Positions 1 through 13,511 of a stretch of DNA of 64,000 nt are shown here, in pieces. Location: the NCBI RefSeq assembly GCF_963921235.1, contig NC_086108.1, positions 3,658,001 through 3,722,000 on the forward strand, in the 5' to 3' direction. The notes beneath the pieces were generated by a model. The model was not told the DNA's origin, did no database searches, and saw only the letters and a program-made list of their open reading frames with translations. Position numbers and translations under genes: made by a program. The DNA comes from Mobula hypostoma. Lineage: Eukaryota. Positions within the stretch are counted from its first letter, which is position 1, and the number at the start of each line of letters is the position of its first letter.

Positions 1-275
1 AGAGGTCATGGGTTAAGGGTGAAAGGTGAAAAATTTTTAGGGAACATGAGGGGAAGCTTCTTCCCTCAGAAGGTCATGAGAGTGTGGAACAAGCTGCCAG
101 CTGAAGTGGCGGATGTGAGCTCGAGTGCAATGCTTAGGAGAAGTTTGGACGGGTATATGGATGGTAGGGGTATGGACCCGGTGCAGGTCGACAGAAGTAG
201 GCAGTTTAAATTGCTCAGCATGGAGTAAATGAGCCAGAGGGCCAGTTCCTGTGATGTACTTTTCTCTGACTCTGT
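1..275 (+). mobile_element. CR1-type LINE 3' end fragment
   Basis: Translates as ...FFPQKVMRVWNKLPAEV...LDGYM, the typical CR1 ORF2 C-terminus, followed by 3'UTR-like sequence. Confidence 0.8.
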
Positions 276-289
276 GATTCTTGATGGAT

Positions 290-2456
290 ACGGCATGTTT
301 GTAACATCATTATGGAATCCTGGTTAACCCCTTCCATACTGGACACAGCGATTCAGATTGATGGGTTCACTGTACACCGTCAGGATAGGACTGTTGAGTC
401 CCTAAAAGCAGAGGTGGAGGTGTCTGCCTCGAGATCAACTCCTCTTGGTGCACAAATATATCAGTGTTATCCCGATTCTGCTCGGCAGAGCTGGAATATC
501 TTGCAATTAAGTGCCGTCCATTTTACCTGCCGCGGGAGATTTCAGCGATCAGTTTGGTAGCGGTGTACATTCTACCTCAGACCAATGACAAACAGGCTTT
601 AGATGATCTAAGTAATTGGGATCAACATGCATGAAACAGCACACACTAACACCTTCACCAGCATTTTGGGAGATTTTAACCAGGTCAGTCTGAAAAAAAT
701 CACTAAGCAATTGTCATCAACAGGTCACTTGCAATACCGGAGGAAACAACACACTGGACCATTGTTACACGACCATCAAGAGTGCCTACTGTACTATTCC
801 ATGCCCTCACTTCGGGAAGTCTGATCACCTGGCTGTACTTATACTCCCTGAGTATAGGCAGAGACTGAAGACTGCAGCACCAGTAGTGAGGACAAAGAAG
901 ATATGGACAAGGGAAGCACAGGAGCCTACAGGCTTTGAATCAGTGGAATGGACTGTATTCAGGGATTCATCTTCGAACCTGGTTGAGTATGCTGTTGTTA
1001 CCGACTTCATTAAAACCTGTGTGGATGAGTGTGTGCCTACAAAGGCTTACTGTACATTCCCAAACCAAAAGCCGTGGATGAACCAGGAGGTACGTCATCT
1101 GCTGAAGGCCAGATCTGTGGCATTCAAGTCTGGCGACCCAGGCCTGTACCAGAAAACCAGGTATGATTTGCGGAGGGCTATTTCAAGTATGAAGAGACAA
1201 TTTCAAACGAGGTTGGAGGCAACGTCAGATGTACCACAACTCTGGCGGGATTTGCAAGACAAAGTGACACCCAATAGCATGAATGGCAGCGATGTTTCAC
1301 TACCAGATGAACTCGACACCTTCTATGCCCACTTTGAAAGGGAGAATATAACTACAGCCTCTGTACCTCCCTCTGCAATTTGATCCTCGACTTTCTAATC
1401 AGAAGACCACAATCTGTGTGGATTGGTGATAACACCTCCACCTCGCTGACGATCAACACTGGCACACCTCAGGGGTGTGTGCTTAGCCCACTGCTCTACT
1501 CTCTATATACATGACTGTGTGGCTAGGTATAGTTCAGATACCATCTATAAATTTGCTGACGATACAACCATTGTTGGTAGAATCTCAGGTGGTGACGGGA
1601 GGGCGTACAGGAGTGAGATATGCCAACTAGTGGAATGGTGCTGTAGCAACAACCTGGCACTCAACGTCAGTAAGACGAAAGAGCTGATTGTGGACTTCAG
1701 GAAGCGTAAGATGAAGGAACACATACCAATCCTCATAGAGGGATCAGAAGTGGAGAGACTGAGCAGATTCAAGTTCCTGGCTGTCAAGATCTCTGAGGAT
1801 CTAACCAGGTCCCAACACATTGATATAATTATACAGAAGGCAAGCCAGTGGCTATATTTCATTAGGAGTTGAAAAGAATTGATTTGATTGATTTGTCAGT
1901 TGAAACAGTCAAAAACTTCTATAGATGCACCATGGAGAGCATTCTGACAGGCTGCATCAGTGGGGGGGGGGTGGGGGGTGGGGGTTGGGATGGGGACTAC
2001 CGCACTGGACCAAAAGAAGAAGCAGGTATTTGTAAAATTAGTCAGCTCCACCTTGGGTACTAGCGTCCACAGTATCCAAGACAGCTTCATGGAGCGACGT
2101 TTCAGTAAAGTGATGCTCATTATTAAGAACCCCGCTCACCCAGGACATGCCCTCTTCTCATTGTTACCATCAGGGAGGAGGTACAGGATCCTGAAGACAC
2201 ACACTCGGCGATTCAGGAACAGCTTCTTCCCCTCTGCCATCCGATTCCAAAATGGTCATTGAATCCATGAACACTACCTCACTTTTTTTAATATATACTA
2301 TTACTGTTTTTGCACTATTTTAATCTATTCTATATATATATATACTTACTATAATTGATTTACTTATTCTTTTTCTTTCTATATTATCATTGAACTGGTA
2401 CTGCTAAGATAACAGATTTTATGAGTTATTCTGGTGATAATAAACCTGATTCTGGT
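290..2456 (+). mobile_element. Rex1/Babar-type LINE relic (APE endonuclease + RT, frameshifted, internal deletion near 1370)
   Basis: ORF pieces ESWL...DGFTVHRQDRT, ILGDFNQ, FPNQKPWMN, KFADDTTIVG, CTMESILTGCI, HPGHALFSLLPSGRRYR; 3' end AATAAACCTGATTCTG. Confidence 0.9.
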
Positions 2457-2809
2457 TAAAGTCCCATCCCATCCCAGACACTGTTCGATCTCCTGCCATC
2501 TGGTAGGAGACACAGAAACATCAACAACAATATTCTGTTCTATTCTATTGGGAAAAGGATACTGGCTCTCTACTCTATTTATGTCTCCCATCGTTTTCTA
2601 CATTTCTACCAGGTCTCCCCTCTGGCTCTGCTGGTCCAGTGATCTGCTTGCTCAGCAGAAAGAAACCTCCAGGCTGCAGAGACACAGGGACAGGCCTTTC
2701 AGTCCATTGTCTACTCACTGACCGCCAAGTATCCATTCGCACCGCTCCCAGTTTCGTCTCCCCACATTCCACCAATCTCCAACACACTGAGGGTAATGGA
2801 TGCTATCAT

Positions 2810-3120
2810 AGGTGGCACGCTGGCATCGCAGCTGGCATACACAATTACAATGCTGTAAGATTGGGGTTCGATTCCTGACGCTGTTTTAAGGAGTTTGTAC
2901 GTTCTCCCCATGACTATGTGGGTTTCCTCCGGGTGCTCCAGTTTCCTCCCACGTTCTAAAGATGTACAGGCTAGGGTTAGAAAGTTACGGGCTTGCTATG
3001 TTGGTGCCAGAAGAACAGTGACACTTACCAATATGTTGGGTATTGACACAAATGACACATTTCACTGTGTGTCTGGATGTTTCTGTGTGCATGCAATAAG
3101 TAAAAAGCTAACCTTGAATC
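2810..3120 (+). mobile_element. tRNA-derived V-SINE-like element (HE1-like)
   Basis: B-box-like GGTTCGATTCC at ~2866 followed by the V-domain-like GGGTTTCCTCCGGGTGCTCCAGTTTCCTCCCAC; similar copy at 22265. Confidence 0.75.
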
Positions 3121-3159
3121 TTTAGGCTTGCCCTTGAATGAAAAGTCCGACAAACAGCC

Positions 3160-3435
3160 AGTCCATCAAAAGTAAAGCCCTCCCCACCAACGAGCACGTT
3201 TACAAGAGTGTTGTCGCAGGAAAGGGACATCAGCTAGGTCATGCTCTCTTCTCGCTGCTGCCGTCAGGAAGAAGGTACAGGAGCCTCATGACTCGCAGCA
3301 CAGGCTCAGGAGCAGTTACTATCTCTCAGCCGTCAGGCGTTTGAACCAAAGGGGATAACTTCACTCAACTTCACTTGCCCCATCACTGAAATATTCCCAC
3401 GACCACTGGTCTCACTTTCAACGATTCTTCATCAC
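3160..3435 (+). mobile_element. Rex1/Babar LINE 3' fragment
   Basis: GHALFSLLPSGRRYRSL motif. Confidence 0.8.
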
Positions 3436-4308
3436 AGATACATTAACCTATAAAAAGTCTTCACCACCCCCTTTGGAAGTTTGCATGTTTTATTGTATTA
3501 CAACATTGAGTCACAGGGAATTTAATTTGGCATTTTTTGACGTTGATCAACAGAAAAAGACTCTTTCATGTCAAAGTGAAAACAGGTCTCTACAAAGTGA
3601 TATAAATGAATGACAAATATGACACACAAAATAATTGATTGCATAAGTATTGACCCCCTTCAAGTCAGTATTTAGTAGATGCTCCTTTGGCAGCAATTAC
3701 GGCCTTGAATCTGTGTGGTCAGGTCTCTATCAGCTTTGTACAACTGGACACTGCAATTTTCCCCCATTCTTCTTTACAAAACTGCTCAAGCTCTGTCAGA
3801 TTGCATGGGGATCATGAGTGAACAGTCCTTTTTTAAGTCCAGCCACAAGTTCTCAATTGGATTGAGGTCTGGACTCTGACTTGGCCACTCCTGGATATTA
3901 ACTTTAGTGTTTTTAAGCCATTCCTGAGTAGCTTTGGCTTTATGCTTGGGGTCATTGTTTTGCTGGAAAGCAAATCTTCTTCCAAGTCACAGTTCTCTTG
4001 CAGATTGCATCAGGTTTTCCTCCAGAATTTCCCTGTGTTTTGCTGCATTTATTTTACCCTCTACCTTCACAAGCCTTCCAGGGTCTGCTGCAGTGAAGCA
4101 TCCCCACAGCATGATGCAGCCACCACCATGCTTCACGGTAGGGACGGTGTGTTTTTGATGATGTGCGGTGTTTGGCTTACACCAAATATAGTGTTTAGTC
4201 TAATGGCCATAAAGCACAATTCTTGTTTCATCAGACCATCGAACTTTCTTCCAGCTGAATTCGTAGTCTCCCACATGCCTTCTGGCAAACTCTAGCTGAG
4301 ATTTCATA

Positions 4309-7047
4309 GAAACATAGAAAACCTACAGCGCAATACAGGCCCTTCAGCCCACAAAGCTCTGCTGAACATGTCCTCACCTTAGAAATTATCGAGGGTTACC
4401 CATAGCCCTCTAGTTTTCAAAGCTCCATGTACCTATCCAGGAGTCTCGTAAAAGACCCTATCATATCCGCCTCCAACACAGTCGCCGGCAGCCCATTCCA
4501 CACACTCATCACCCTCTGTGTTAAAAAAAAAATTACCCCTGATATCTCCTCTGTACCTACTTCCAAGCACCTTAAAACTGTGCCCTCTCGTGCTAGCCAT
4601 TTCAGCCCTGGGAAAAAGCCTCTGACTATCGACACGATCAATGCCTCTCATCATCTTATACACCTCTATCACTCCAAGGAGAAAAGGCAGAGTTCACTCA
4701 ACCTATTCTCATAAGGCATGCCCCCCAATCCAGGCAACATCCTTGTAAATCTGCTCTACACCCTTTCTATGGTTTCTACACCCTTCCTGTAGCGACCAGA
4801 ACTGAGCACAGTATTCCAAGTGGGGTCTGACCAGGGTCCTATATAGCTGCAACATTACTTCTCAGCTCCTAAACTTAATCCCATGATTGATGAAGGCCAA
4901 TGCACCATATGCCTTCTTAACCACAGAAGCTTTGAGTGTCCTATGGACGCGGACCCCAAGATCCCTCTGATCCTCCACACTGCCAAGAGTCTTACCGTTA
5001 ATGCTATATTCTGCCATCATACTTGACCTACCAAAATGAACCACCTCACACTTACGTGGGTTGAACTCCATCTGCCACTTCTCAGCCCAGTTTTGGATCC
5101 TATCAATGTCCCGTTGTAACCTCTGCCAGCCCTCCACACTATCCACAACATCCCCAACCTTTGTGTTATCAGCAAATTTACTAACCCATCCCTACACTTC
5201 CTCATCCAGGTCATTTATAAAAATCACAAAGAGTAGGGGTCCCAGAACAGATCCCTGAGGCACACCACTGGTCACCAACCTCCATGCAGAATATGACCCA
5301 TCTACAACCACTCTTTGTCTTCTGTGGGCAAGTCAGTTCTAGATCCACAAAGCAATCTCCCCTTGGATCCCATGCCTCCTTACTTTCTCAATAAGCCTTG
5401 CATGGGGTACCTTATCAAATGCCTTGCTGAAATCCATATACACTACATCTACTGCGCTACCTCCATCAATGTGTTTAGTCACATCCTCAAAAAATTCAGT
5501 CAGGCTCTTAAGACACAACCTGCCATTGACAAAGCCATGCTGACTATTCCTAATCATATTATGCCTCTCCAAATGTTCGTAAATCCTGCCTCTCAGGATC
5601 TTTCCCATCAATTTACCAACCACTGAAGACTCACTGGTCTATAATTTCCTGAGCTACCTCTACTCCTGTTCTTGAATAAGGGAACAACATCCACAACTCT
5701 CCAATCTTCCGGAACTTCTCCCGTCCTCATTGATGATGCAAAGATTATTGCCAGAGGCTCAGCAATCTCCTCCCTCACCTCCCACAGTGGCCTGGGGTAC
5801 ATCCCATCCAGTCCTGGTGACTTATCAAACTTCATTCTTTCCAAAAGCTCCAGCGCATCCTCTTCCTTAATATCTACATGCTCAAGCTTTTCAGTCCATT
5901 GTAAGTCATCCCTACAGTCACCAAGATCCTTTTCCATACTGAATACTGAAGCAAAGTATTCATTAACTACCTCTGCTATTTCCTCTGGTTCCATACACAC
6001 TTTTCCACTGTCACACTTGATTGGTCCTATTCTCTCACGTCTCATCCTCCTGCTCTTCACATACTTGTAGAATGCCTTGGGGTTTTCTTTAATCCTGTCT
6101 GCTAAGGCCTTCTCATGGCCCATTCTGGTTCTCCTAATTTCATTCTTAAACTCCTTCCTGCTAGCCTTATAATCTTCTTGATCTGTATCATTACCTAGTT
6201 TTTTGAACTTTTCTTAAGCTTTTCTTTTCTTCTTGACTAGATTTACAACAGCCTTTGTATACCATGGTTCCTGTACCCTACCAACCTTTCCCTGTCTCAT
6301 TGGAATGTACCTACTCAGAACCTCATGCAAATATCCCCTGAACGTTTGCCACATTTCTTCCATACATTTCCCTGAGAACATCTGTTCCCAACTTATGCTT
6401 CCAAGTTCCTGCCTGATAACTTCATATTTCCCCTTACTCCAATTAAACGTTTCCCTAACTTCTCTGTTTCTATCCCTCTCCAATGCTCTGGTAAAGGAGA
6501 TAGAATTGTGATCACTATCTCCAAAATGTTCTCCCACTGACACATCTGACACCTGACCAGGTTCATTTCCCAATACCAGATCAAGTAGCCTCTCCTCTTG
6601 TAGGCTTATCTACATATTGTGTCAAGGAACCTGCCTGGACACACCTAACAAACTCCACCCCATCTAAACCCCTTGCTCTAGGGAGATGCCAATCAATATT
6701 GGGGAAATTAAAATCTCCCACCAAGACAACAAGGTTATTATTAAACCTTTCCAGAATCTGTCTCCCTACCTGCTCTTCAATGTCCCTGTTACTATTGGGA
6801 GGTCTATAAGAAAATACCCAGTAGAGTTATTGACCCCTTCCTGTTTCTAATTTCCACCCACAGAGACTCTGTAGACAATCCCTCCATGACTTCCTCCTTT
6901 TCTGCAGCCGTGACACTATCTCTGATCAACAGTGCCACGCCCCCACCTCTTTTGCCTCCCTCCCTGTTATTCCTGCCCCTGAGCCATCCAAGTCTCTGTA
7001 ATGACCACAACATCATAGCTCCAAGTACTGATCCATGCTTTAAGCTA
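4309..7047 (-). mobile_element. CR1 LINE, 5'-truncated ORF2 (EN+RT), inserted in Tc1
   Basis: QHGFVNGR, VDVVYMDFSKAFDKVPH, WAEKWQMEFNP motifs; 3' tail (TTTCTATG)n; 8-bp TSD ATTTCATA at 4301-4308 and 7048-7055. Confidence 0.95.
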
Positions 7048-7322
7048 ATTTCATATGAGTTTTTTTCAACAGTAGCTTTCCCTTTGCCCTTCTCCCTTAA
7101 AGCAGTGACTGGTGAAACACCCAGGCAACAGTTGTTTTATGGACAGTCTCTTTCATCTCGGCCACTGAAGCTTGTAACTCCTCCAGAGTTTCATAGGTTT
7201 CTTGGTGGCCTCCCTCACTAGTCCCCATCTTGGACGGTCACTCAGCTTTTGAGGCCGGCCTGCTCTAGGCAGATTTATAGCTGTGCCACATTCTTTCCAT
7301 TGCTTGATGATTGATTGAACTG

Positions 7323-10050
7323 AATTGAATTGACTTTATTTCTTTCATCCTTCACATACATGAGGAGTAAAAGTCTTTCTGTTACGTCTCTGTCTAAATG
7401 TGTAATGTGCGATCATAGTAATTTATAATAATTTATAATAAATAGAACAGACAATGTAACATAGAAATACACTCAAATCAATATGAGTTAATCAGTCTGA
7501 TGGCCTGGTGGAAGAAGCTGTCCCAGAGCCTGTTTGTCCTGGCTTTGTCCTGTTTGTCCAAGACTGAAAGAAGCTGCAGAAGATCGTGAACACGGCGCAG
7601 CACATCACACAAACCAATCTTCCATCCGTGGACTCACTTTACACCGCATGCCGTTGGAGCAGTGCTGTCAGGATAATCAAGGACACGACCCATCCAGCCA
7701 ACATACTTTTCGTCCCTCTTCCCTCCGGGAGAAGGCTGAGGAGTTTGAAGACTCATATGGCCAGATTTGGGAACAGCTTCTTTCCAACTGTGATTAGACT
7801 GCTGAACGGATCCTGACCCGGATCTGGGCCGTACCCTCCAGATATCCGGACCTACCTCTCTGTTTTTTTGCACTACCTTACTTCTCATTTTTCTATTTTC
7901 TATTTATGATTTATAATTTAAAATTTTAATATTTATTAATTTTAACTATTTTTAATATTTAATAGTTGTAATCCAGGGAGTGTGAAATGCAGAATCAAAT
8001 ATTGCTGTGATGATTGTACGTTCTAGTACTAATTGTTTGGCGACAATAAAGTATAAAGTACAAGTATTTTATGCTGCGGTACCATACCCGGATGGTAGCA
8101 GCTGGAATAGGTTCTGGTTGGGGTGACTTCGGACCCTTTTTACACACCTGTCCTTGTAAATGTCCTGAATCATGAGAAGTTCACAACTACAGATGCGCTG
8201 GGCTGTCTGCACCACTCTCTGCAGAGTCCTGTGATTGAGGGAAGTACAGTTCCCATACCAGGCAGTGATGCAGCCAGTCAGGATGCTCTCAATTGTGCCC
8301 CTGTAGAAAGTTCTCAGGATTTAGGGGCCCATACCAAACTTCTTCACCATCTAAGGTGAAAAAGGCACTGTTGTGTTTTTCTCACCACACAGCTGGTGTG
8401 TACAGACCACGTGAGATCCTCGGTGATGTGGATGCCAAGGAACTTAAAGCTGTTTACCCTCTCAACCCCAGATCCATTGATATCAACGGGGTTAGCCTGT
8501 CTCCATTCCTCTTGTAATCCACAACCAGCTCTTTTGTTTTTGCAACATTGAGGGAGAGGTTGTTTTCTTGACACCACTGTGTCAGGGTGATGACTTCTTC
8601 CCTGTAGGCCACCTCATTACTGTTTGAGATTAGGCCAATCAATGTAGTGTCGTCGGCAAATTTAATTAGCAGATTAGAGCTGTGGGTGGCGACACAGTCA
8701 TAGGTATGCAGGGAGTAAAGGAGGGGATTTAGTACACAGCCCTGAGGGGCTCCTGTATTGAGAGTCAGAGGGGTGGAGGTGAGGGAGCCCACTCTTACCA
8801 CCTGCCGGCAATCTGACAGGAAGTCCAGGACCTAGCTGCACAAGACAGGGGGATGGCCAAGGTCTCTGAGCTTCCTGTCGAGCCTGGATGGAATTTTGGT
8901 GTTGAATGCTGAACTGTAGTCCAAGAACAGCATTCTCACAGAAGCATCCTTCTTCTCCAGATGTGTAAGGACGATATGTAGAGCAGTGACCAATGTGTCG
9001 TCTGTCGATCGATTGTGTCGGTAGGTGAATTGTCCGGAGTCCAGTGTAGGTGGTAGCAAGCTGCAGATATAATCCTTGACCAGCCTCTCAAAGCTTTTGC
9101 TTATTATTGAGATGAGTGTGACAGGACGCCAGTCATTTAGACATGTTACCTTGGTCTTTTTTGGTACAGGGACAATGGTGGATAATTAGAAATAGGAGGG
9201 CACTCTACACTGGGAGAGGCAGAGATTAAAAATGTCAGTAAACACACCTGCCAGTTGTGTTGTGCACATCCTGAGGACCTGCACTGGGACCCTCAGAGTT
9301 AGCGACATCGAACCAAGCGTGAAAGCGGATTGAGCTCATCTGGGAGAGAGGCCGCAATGTTGCTGGCACCACGACGTTTGCCTTTGAAGTCTGCGATGGT
9401 ATGCAGGCCTTGCCAGGAGTCGCGTGCGCTATTCGTTGTGAATCTTGACTCAGTCTCGTCCCCGTATTGCTGTTTCGCAGCCCTGATAGCTTTGCGCAGG
9501 TCGGAGCTGCTTTTCTTGAGCTCTGCTGCCTGCCGGCAGCGCAAGCTCTGTGTCACGAGGTCATTGATCCAGGGTTTCTGGTTCGGGAAGGCCCTGACCG
9601 ACTTCTGGGGGACAACATCGTGATGCACTTCTGGATGAAGCACTTGTCTCCAGCCGTGAACTTGGAGACATCCTCATTATGGAAGACATTTTAGTGACGT
9701 CATTGGAGCAGTCTAGCAGCATGGCCGAATGGTCAGAACAACAGTGGACAGTTTTAACTATGGCTGCCTTTTGTTTCAGCTTCTGCTTGTACGTCGGCAA
9801 AAGCAGGATCGAAGAGTGATCTGATTTTCCAAAAGCTGGGTGAAGCAGAGCTTTGCAGGCGTTGCAAAAGGGAGTGTAACAGTGGTCAAGTGCCTTATCT
9901 CTACAAGTGCTCATCTGGATGTGCTGACAAAACTTCGGAGAGACTTTCGTCAGTGGCGCTCAGTTAAAGTCACCGGCGATGATGAAGGCAGCCTGTGGGT
10001 GTGCCGTCTCCAGTGTGTTGATGGTCTCGTACAATTCCTTGAGAACCAGG
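7323..10050 (-). mobile_element. Rex1/Babar LINE inserted in Tc1
   Basis: FGKSDH, FPNQKPWIN, MLFLDYSSAFNT, GAPQGCVL, KFADDTTLIG motifs on minus strand; Tc1 sequence resumes at 10051. Confidence 0.9.
7560..8066 (+). mobile_element. Rex1/Babar LINE 3' fragment nested in the opposite-strand Rex1
   Basis: IIKDTTHPANILFVPLPSGRRLRS motif; tail AATAAAGTATAAAGTACAAGTA; host element continues at ~8067. Confidence 0.85.
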
Positions 10051-10947
10051 ACTGTACTCCAAGAAATATTCAGTGGCTTGGAAATTTTCTTGTATCCATC
10101 TGCTGACTTGTGCTTTTCAATTACCTTTTTGCAGAGTTGCTTGGAGTGTTATTCAGTTTTCATGGTGTAGTTTTTGCCAGGATACTGACTCACCAGCTGT
10201 TGGACCTTCCAGATACAGGTATATTTTTATTACAATCAATTGAAACATTCTGACTGCACACAGTAATCTCCATTTAACTGATTATGAGACTTCTAAAACT
10301 AATTGGCTGCACCAGTGATGATTTGATGTGTCATATTAAAGGGGGTGAATACTTGTGCAATCAATTATTTTGTGTTTTATATTTGCAATTAATTTAGATT
10401 CCTTTATAAAAATCTGTTTTCATTTTGACACGAGTCTTTTTCTGATCAGTGTCAAGAAAGCCAAATTAAATCCACTGTGATTCAATGTTGTAAAACAATA
10501 AAACGTGAAAACTTCCAAGGGGTTGAATACTTTTTTATAGACACTGTACACAAATTCATACACATGTGTGCGCAGACACAGACAGACAGACAGAGTTTAT
10601 AAAAATTGTGAGGGTTTCTCATAGGTTAATGGACACTCAGAAGTTTGATAGCAGAAGAGAAGAAGCTGTTCCTGACATGTTGGGTACCTTGAGAGCTCCA
10701 AAGAACACCCAACTCCGTGGTAAATCCCTCCCAATTTCATTTTGCTGAGAGCATTCTATGTAATATAACTGTGCTCAGTGCAGCAAGAATAAATGGTGCA
10801 GTTTGCCTCGTGCTGTGGGTCTGTTGTTGTGAAGATTGTCACAGCGGGGTTAGGTACCAAAATCAATTTCAATCAGTGCTCAATACCTCAAGACTGCAGC
10901 CCAGTGTCTGGTGCTCTGGTGCTTCCCAGTCAGAAACTCTCATACTA

Positions 10948-10949
<2 letters not shown>

Positions 10950-10984
<35 letters not shown>
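10950..10984. repeat. (GT)n microsatellite
   Basis: Direct observation. Confidence 0.95.
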
Positions 10985-10986
<2 letters not shown>

Positions 10987-11321
10987 ATGTCTATCTGTGT
11001 GGATCATGATGTAATCCCTCCTCTATTCCAATACGGGGGGATTTTAATTAAGAGCATTTGGGAAAGAACTCCATTTTCCTAATGAAGATGTTCCAAAGGT
11101 AAATTAATTATAATGGCAAGTTCACTTTAATCCCCCATGTATCATAATTAAGAAAAGGGCTGTTGTTTTCAGCCTGACTGCAATGTAATGAAGTGGTAAG
11201 TTGGTGTCTCCCCCCAGCCTCAGCCCATCCCCAAATGCGAGTGTTTAGCAAGGCACATTGAAGATTTTCTTTCCCGGTTTTGGAAGTTAGTTACTGCCAA
11301 TTGCACCCTGACATTTAGCCC

Positions 11322-13510
11322 ATAAGACCATAAGATATAGGAGCAGAAGTAGGCCATTCAGCCCATCGAGTCTGCTCCGCCATTCCATCATGGGCTGATC
11401 CAATTCTTCCAGTCATCCTCACTCCCCTGGCTTCACCCCATGCCCTTTGATGCCCTGGCTAATCAAGAACCTATCTATCTCTGCCTTAAATACACCCAGT
11501 GACTTGGCCTCCACAGCCACTCGTGGCAAGAAATTCCACAGATTTACCACCCTCTGACCGAAGTAATTCCTCCGCATCTCTGTTCTAAATGGACGTCTTC
11601 AATCCTGAAGCGTGCCCTCTTGTCCTAGACTCCCCCACCACGGGAAATAACTTTGCCATATCTAATCTGTTCAGGCCTTTTAACATTTGGAGTGTTTCTA
11701 TGAGATCTCCCCTCATTCTCATGAGCTCCAGGGAATACAGCCCAAGAGCTGCCAGATATTCCTCATACGATAACCCTTCCATTCCTGGAATCATTCTCGT
11801 GAATCTTCTCTGAACCCTCTCCAATGTCAGTATATCTTTTCTAAAATAAGGAGCCCAAAACTGCACACAGTACTCCAAGTGTGGTTTCACGAGTGCCTCA
11901 TAGAGCCTCAACATCACATCCCTGCTCTTATATTCTATACCTCTCAAAATGAATGCCAACATTGCATTCGCCTTCATCACAACCGACTCAACCTGGAGGT
12001 TAACCTTTAGGGTATCCTGCACAAGGACTCCCAAGTCCCTTTGCATCTCTGCATTTTGAATTCTCTCCCCATCGAAATAATAGTCTGCCCGTTTATTTCT
12101 TCCCCCAAAGTGCATGACCGTACACTTTCCAACATTGTATTTCAGTTGCTACTTCTCTGCCCATTCCACTAAACTATCTAAGTCTCTCTGCAGGCTCTCT
12201 GTTTCCTCAACACTACCCGCTCCTTCACCTATCTTTGTATCATTGGGAAATTTAGCCACAAATCTATTAATACCATCATCCAAATCATTGACATACATCG
12301 TAAAAAGCAACGGTCCCAACACCGACCCCTGTGGAACTCCACTGGTAACTGGCAGCTGGCCAGGATAGGATCCCATTATTCCCACTCTCTGTTTTCAGCT
12401 GATCAGCCAATGCTCCACCCATGCAGTAACTTCCCTGTAATTCCATGGGCTCTGATCTTGCTAAGCAGGCTCATGTGTGGCACCTTGTCAAAGGCCTTCT
12501 GAAAATACAAGTACACCACATCTACTACATCTCCTTTGTCTACCCGGCTTGTAATTTCCTCAATAAATTGCAGTAGGTTAGTCAGGCAAGATTTTCCTTC
12601 CAGGAAACCATGTTGTCTTTGGCCTATCTTGTCATGTGCTTCCAGGTACTCCATAATCTCATCCATAACAATTGATTCCAACAACTTCCCAACTACTGAT
12701 GTCAGGCTAACAGGTCTATAGTTTCCTTTCTACTCTTCCCCGACACTCTTGAATGTCTGGTATACTGCAGTCATCTTCCACTGTGAAGACTGATGCAAAA
12801 TACACATTCAGTTCCTCTGCCATCTCTGCATCTCTCATTACAATATCTCCAGTGTTATTTTGCATTGGTCCTACATCTACCCTTGACTCTCTTTTGTCCT
12901 TTATACACTTAAAAAAAACTTTTAGTATCTTCTTTGATATTAGTCGCCAGCTTCCTTTCATAATTCATCCTTTCCTTCCTAATGACCTTCTTAGTTTCCT
13001 TCTGCAAGTTTTTAAAAGCTTCCCAATCCTCTATCTTCCCACTAGCTCTGGATTCCTTGTATGTCCTCTCTTTTGCTTTTATTTGGCTCTGACTTCACTT
13101 GTCAGCCATGGTAGTGTCCTTCTTCCCTTGAAAATCTTCTTATTTGGAATGTATCTGTCTTGCACTTCCTTCATTTTTCACAGAAACTCCAGCCATTGCT
13201 GCTCTGCTGTCCTTCCTGCAAATGTCCCTTTCCGGTCAACTTTGGCCAGTTCCCCTCTAATGCCATTGTAATTTCCCTTATTCCACTGAAATACCGACAC
13301 ATTGGATTTTTTTTCCCTCTCAAATTTCAATGTGCACTTGATCATATTGTGATCACTGTTCCCTAAGGGTTCCTTAACCTTAAACTCTCTTATCACCTCT
13401 GGATCATTGCACAACATCCAATCCAGCACAGCCGATCCCCTAATGGGCTCAACAACAAACTGCTCTAAAAAAACATCCCTTAGACATTCTACAAATTCTC
13501 TCTCTTGAGG
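11322..13510 (-). mobile_element. CR1 LINE (second subfamily), 5'-truncated with internal deletion near 12740
   Basis: [40 protein letters not shown] motifs; 3' tail (TCTTATGG)n. Confidence 0.92.
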
Positions 13511-13511
13511 T

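Larger units (their letters stand above)
3441..10546 (-). mobile_element. Tc1/mariner transposon copy 1 (decayed), interrupted by LINE insertions
   Basis: TA on both sides (3439-40, 10547-48); ~200-bp imperfect terminal inverted repeats; minus-strand [14 protein letters not shown] transposase motif at ~4095-4140; colinear with the Tc1 at 56822-58990. Confidence 0.9.

Noticed and set aside
1961..1996. G-quadruplex regulatory element
   Set aside because: Poly-G expansion inside a dead LINE; nothing supports a function
2810..2880. tRNA gene
   Set aside because: The B-box is followed by a V-SINE body and no cloverleaf is evident; same for 22265-22335
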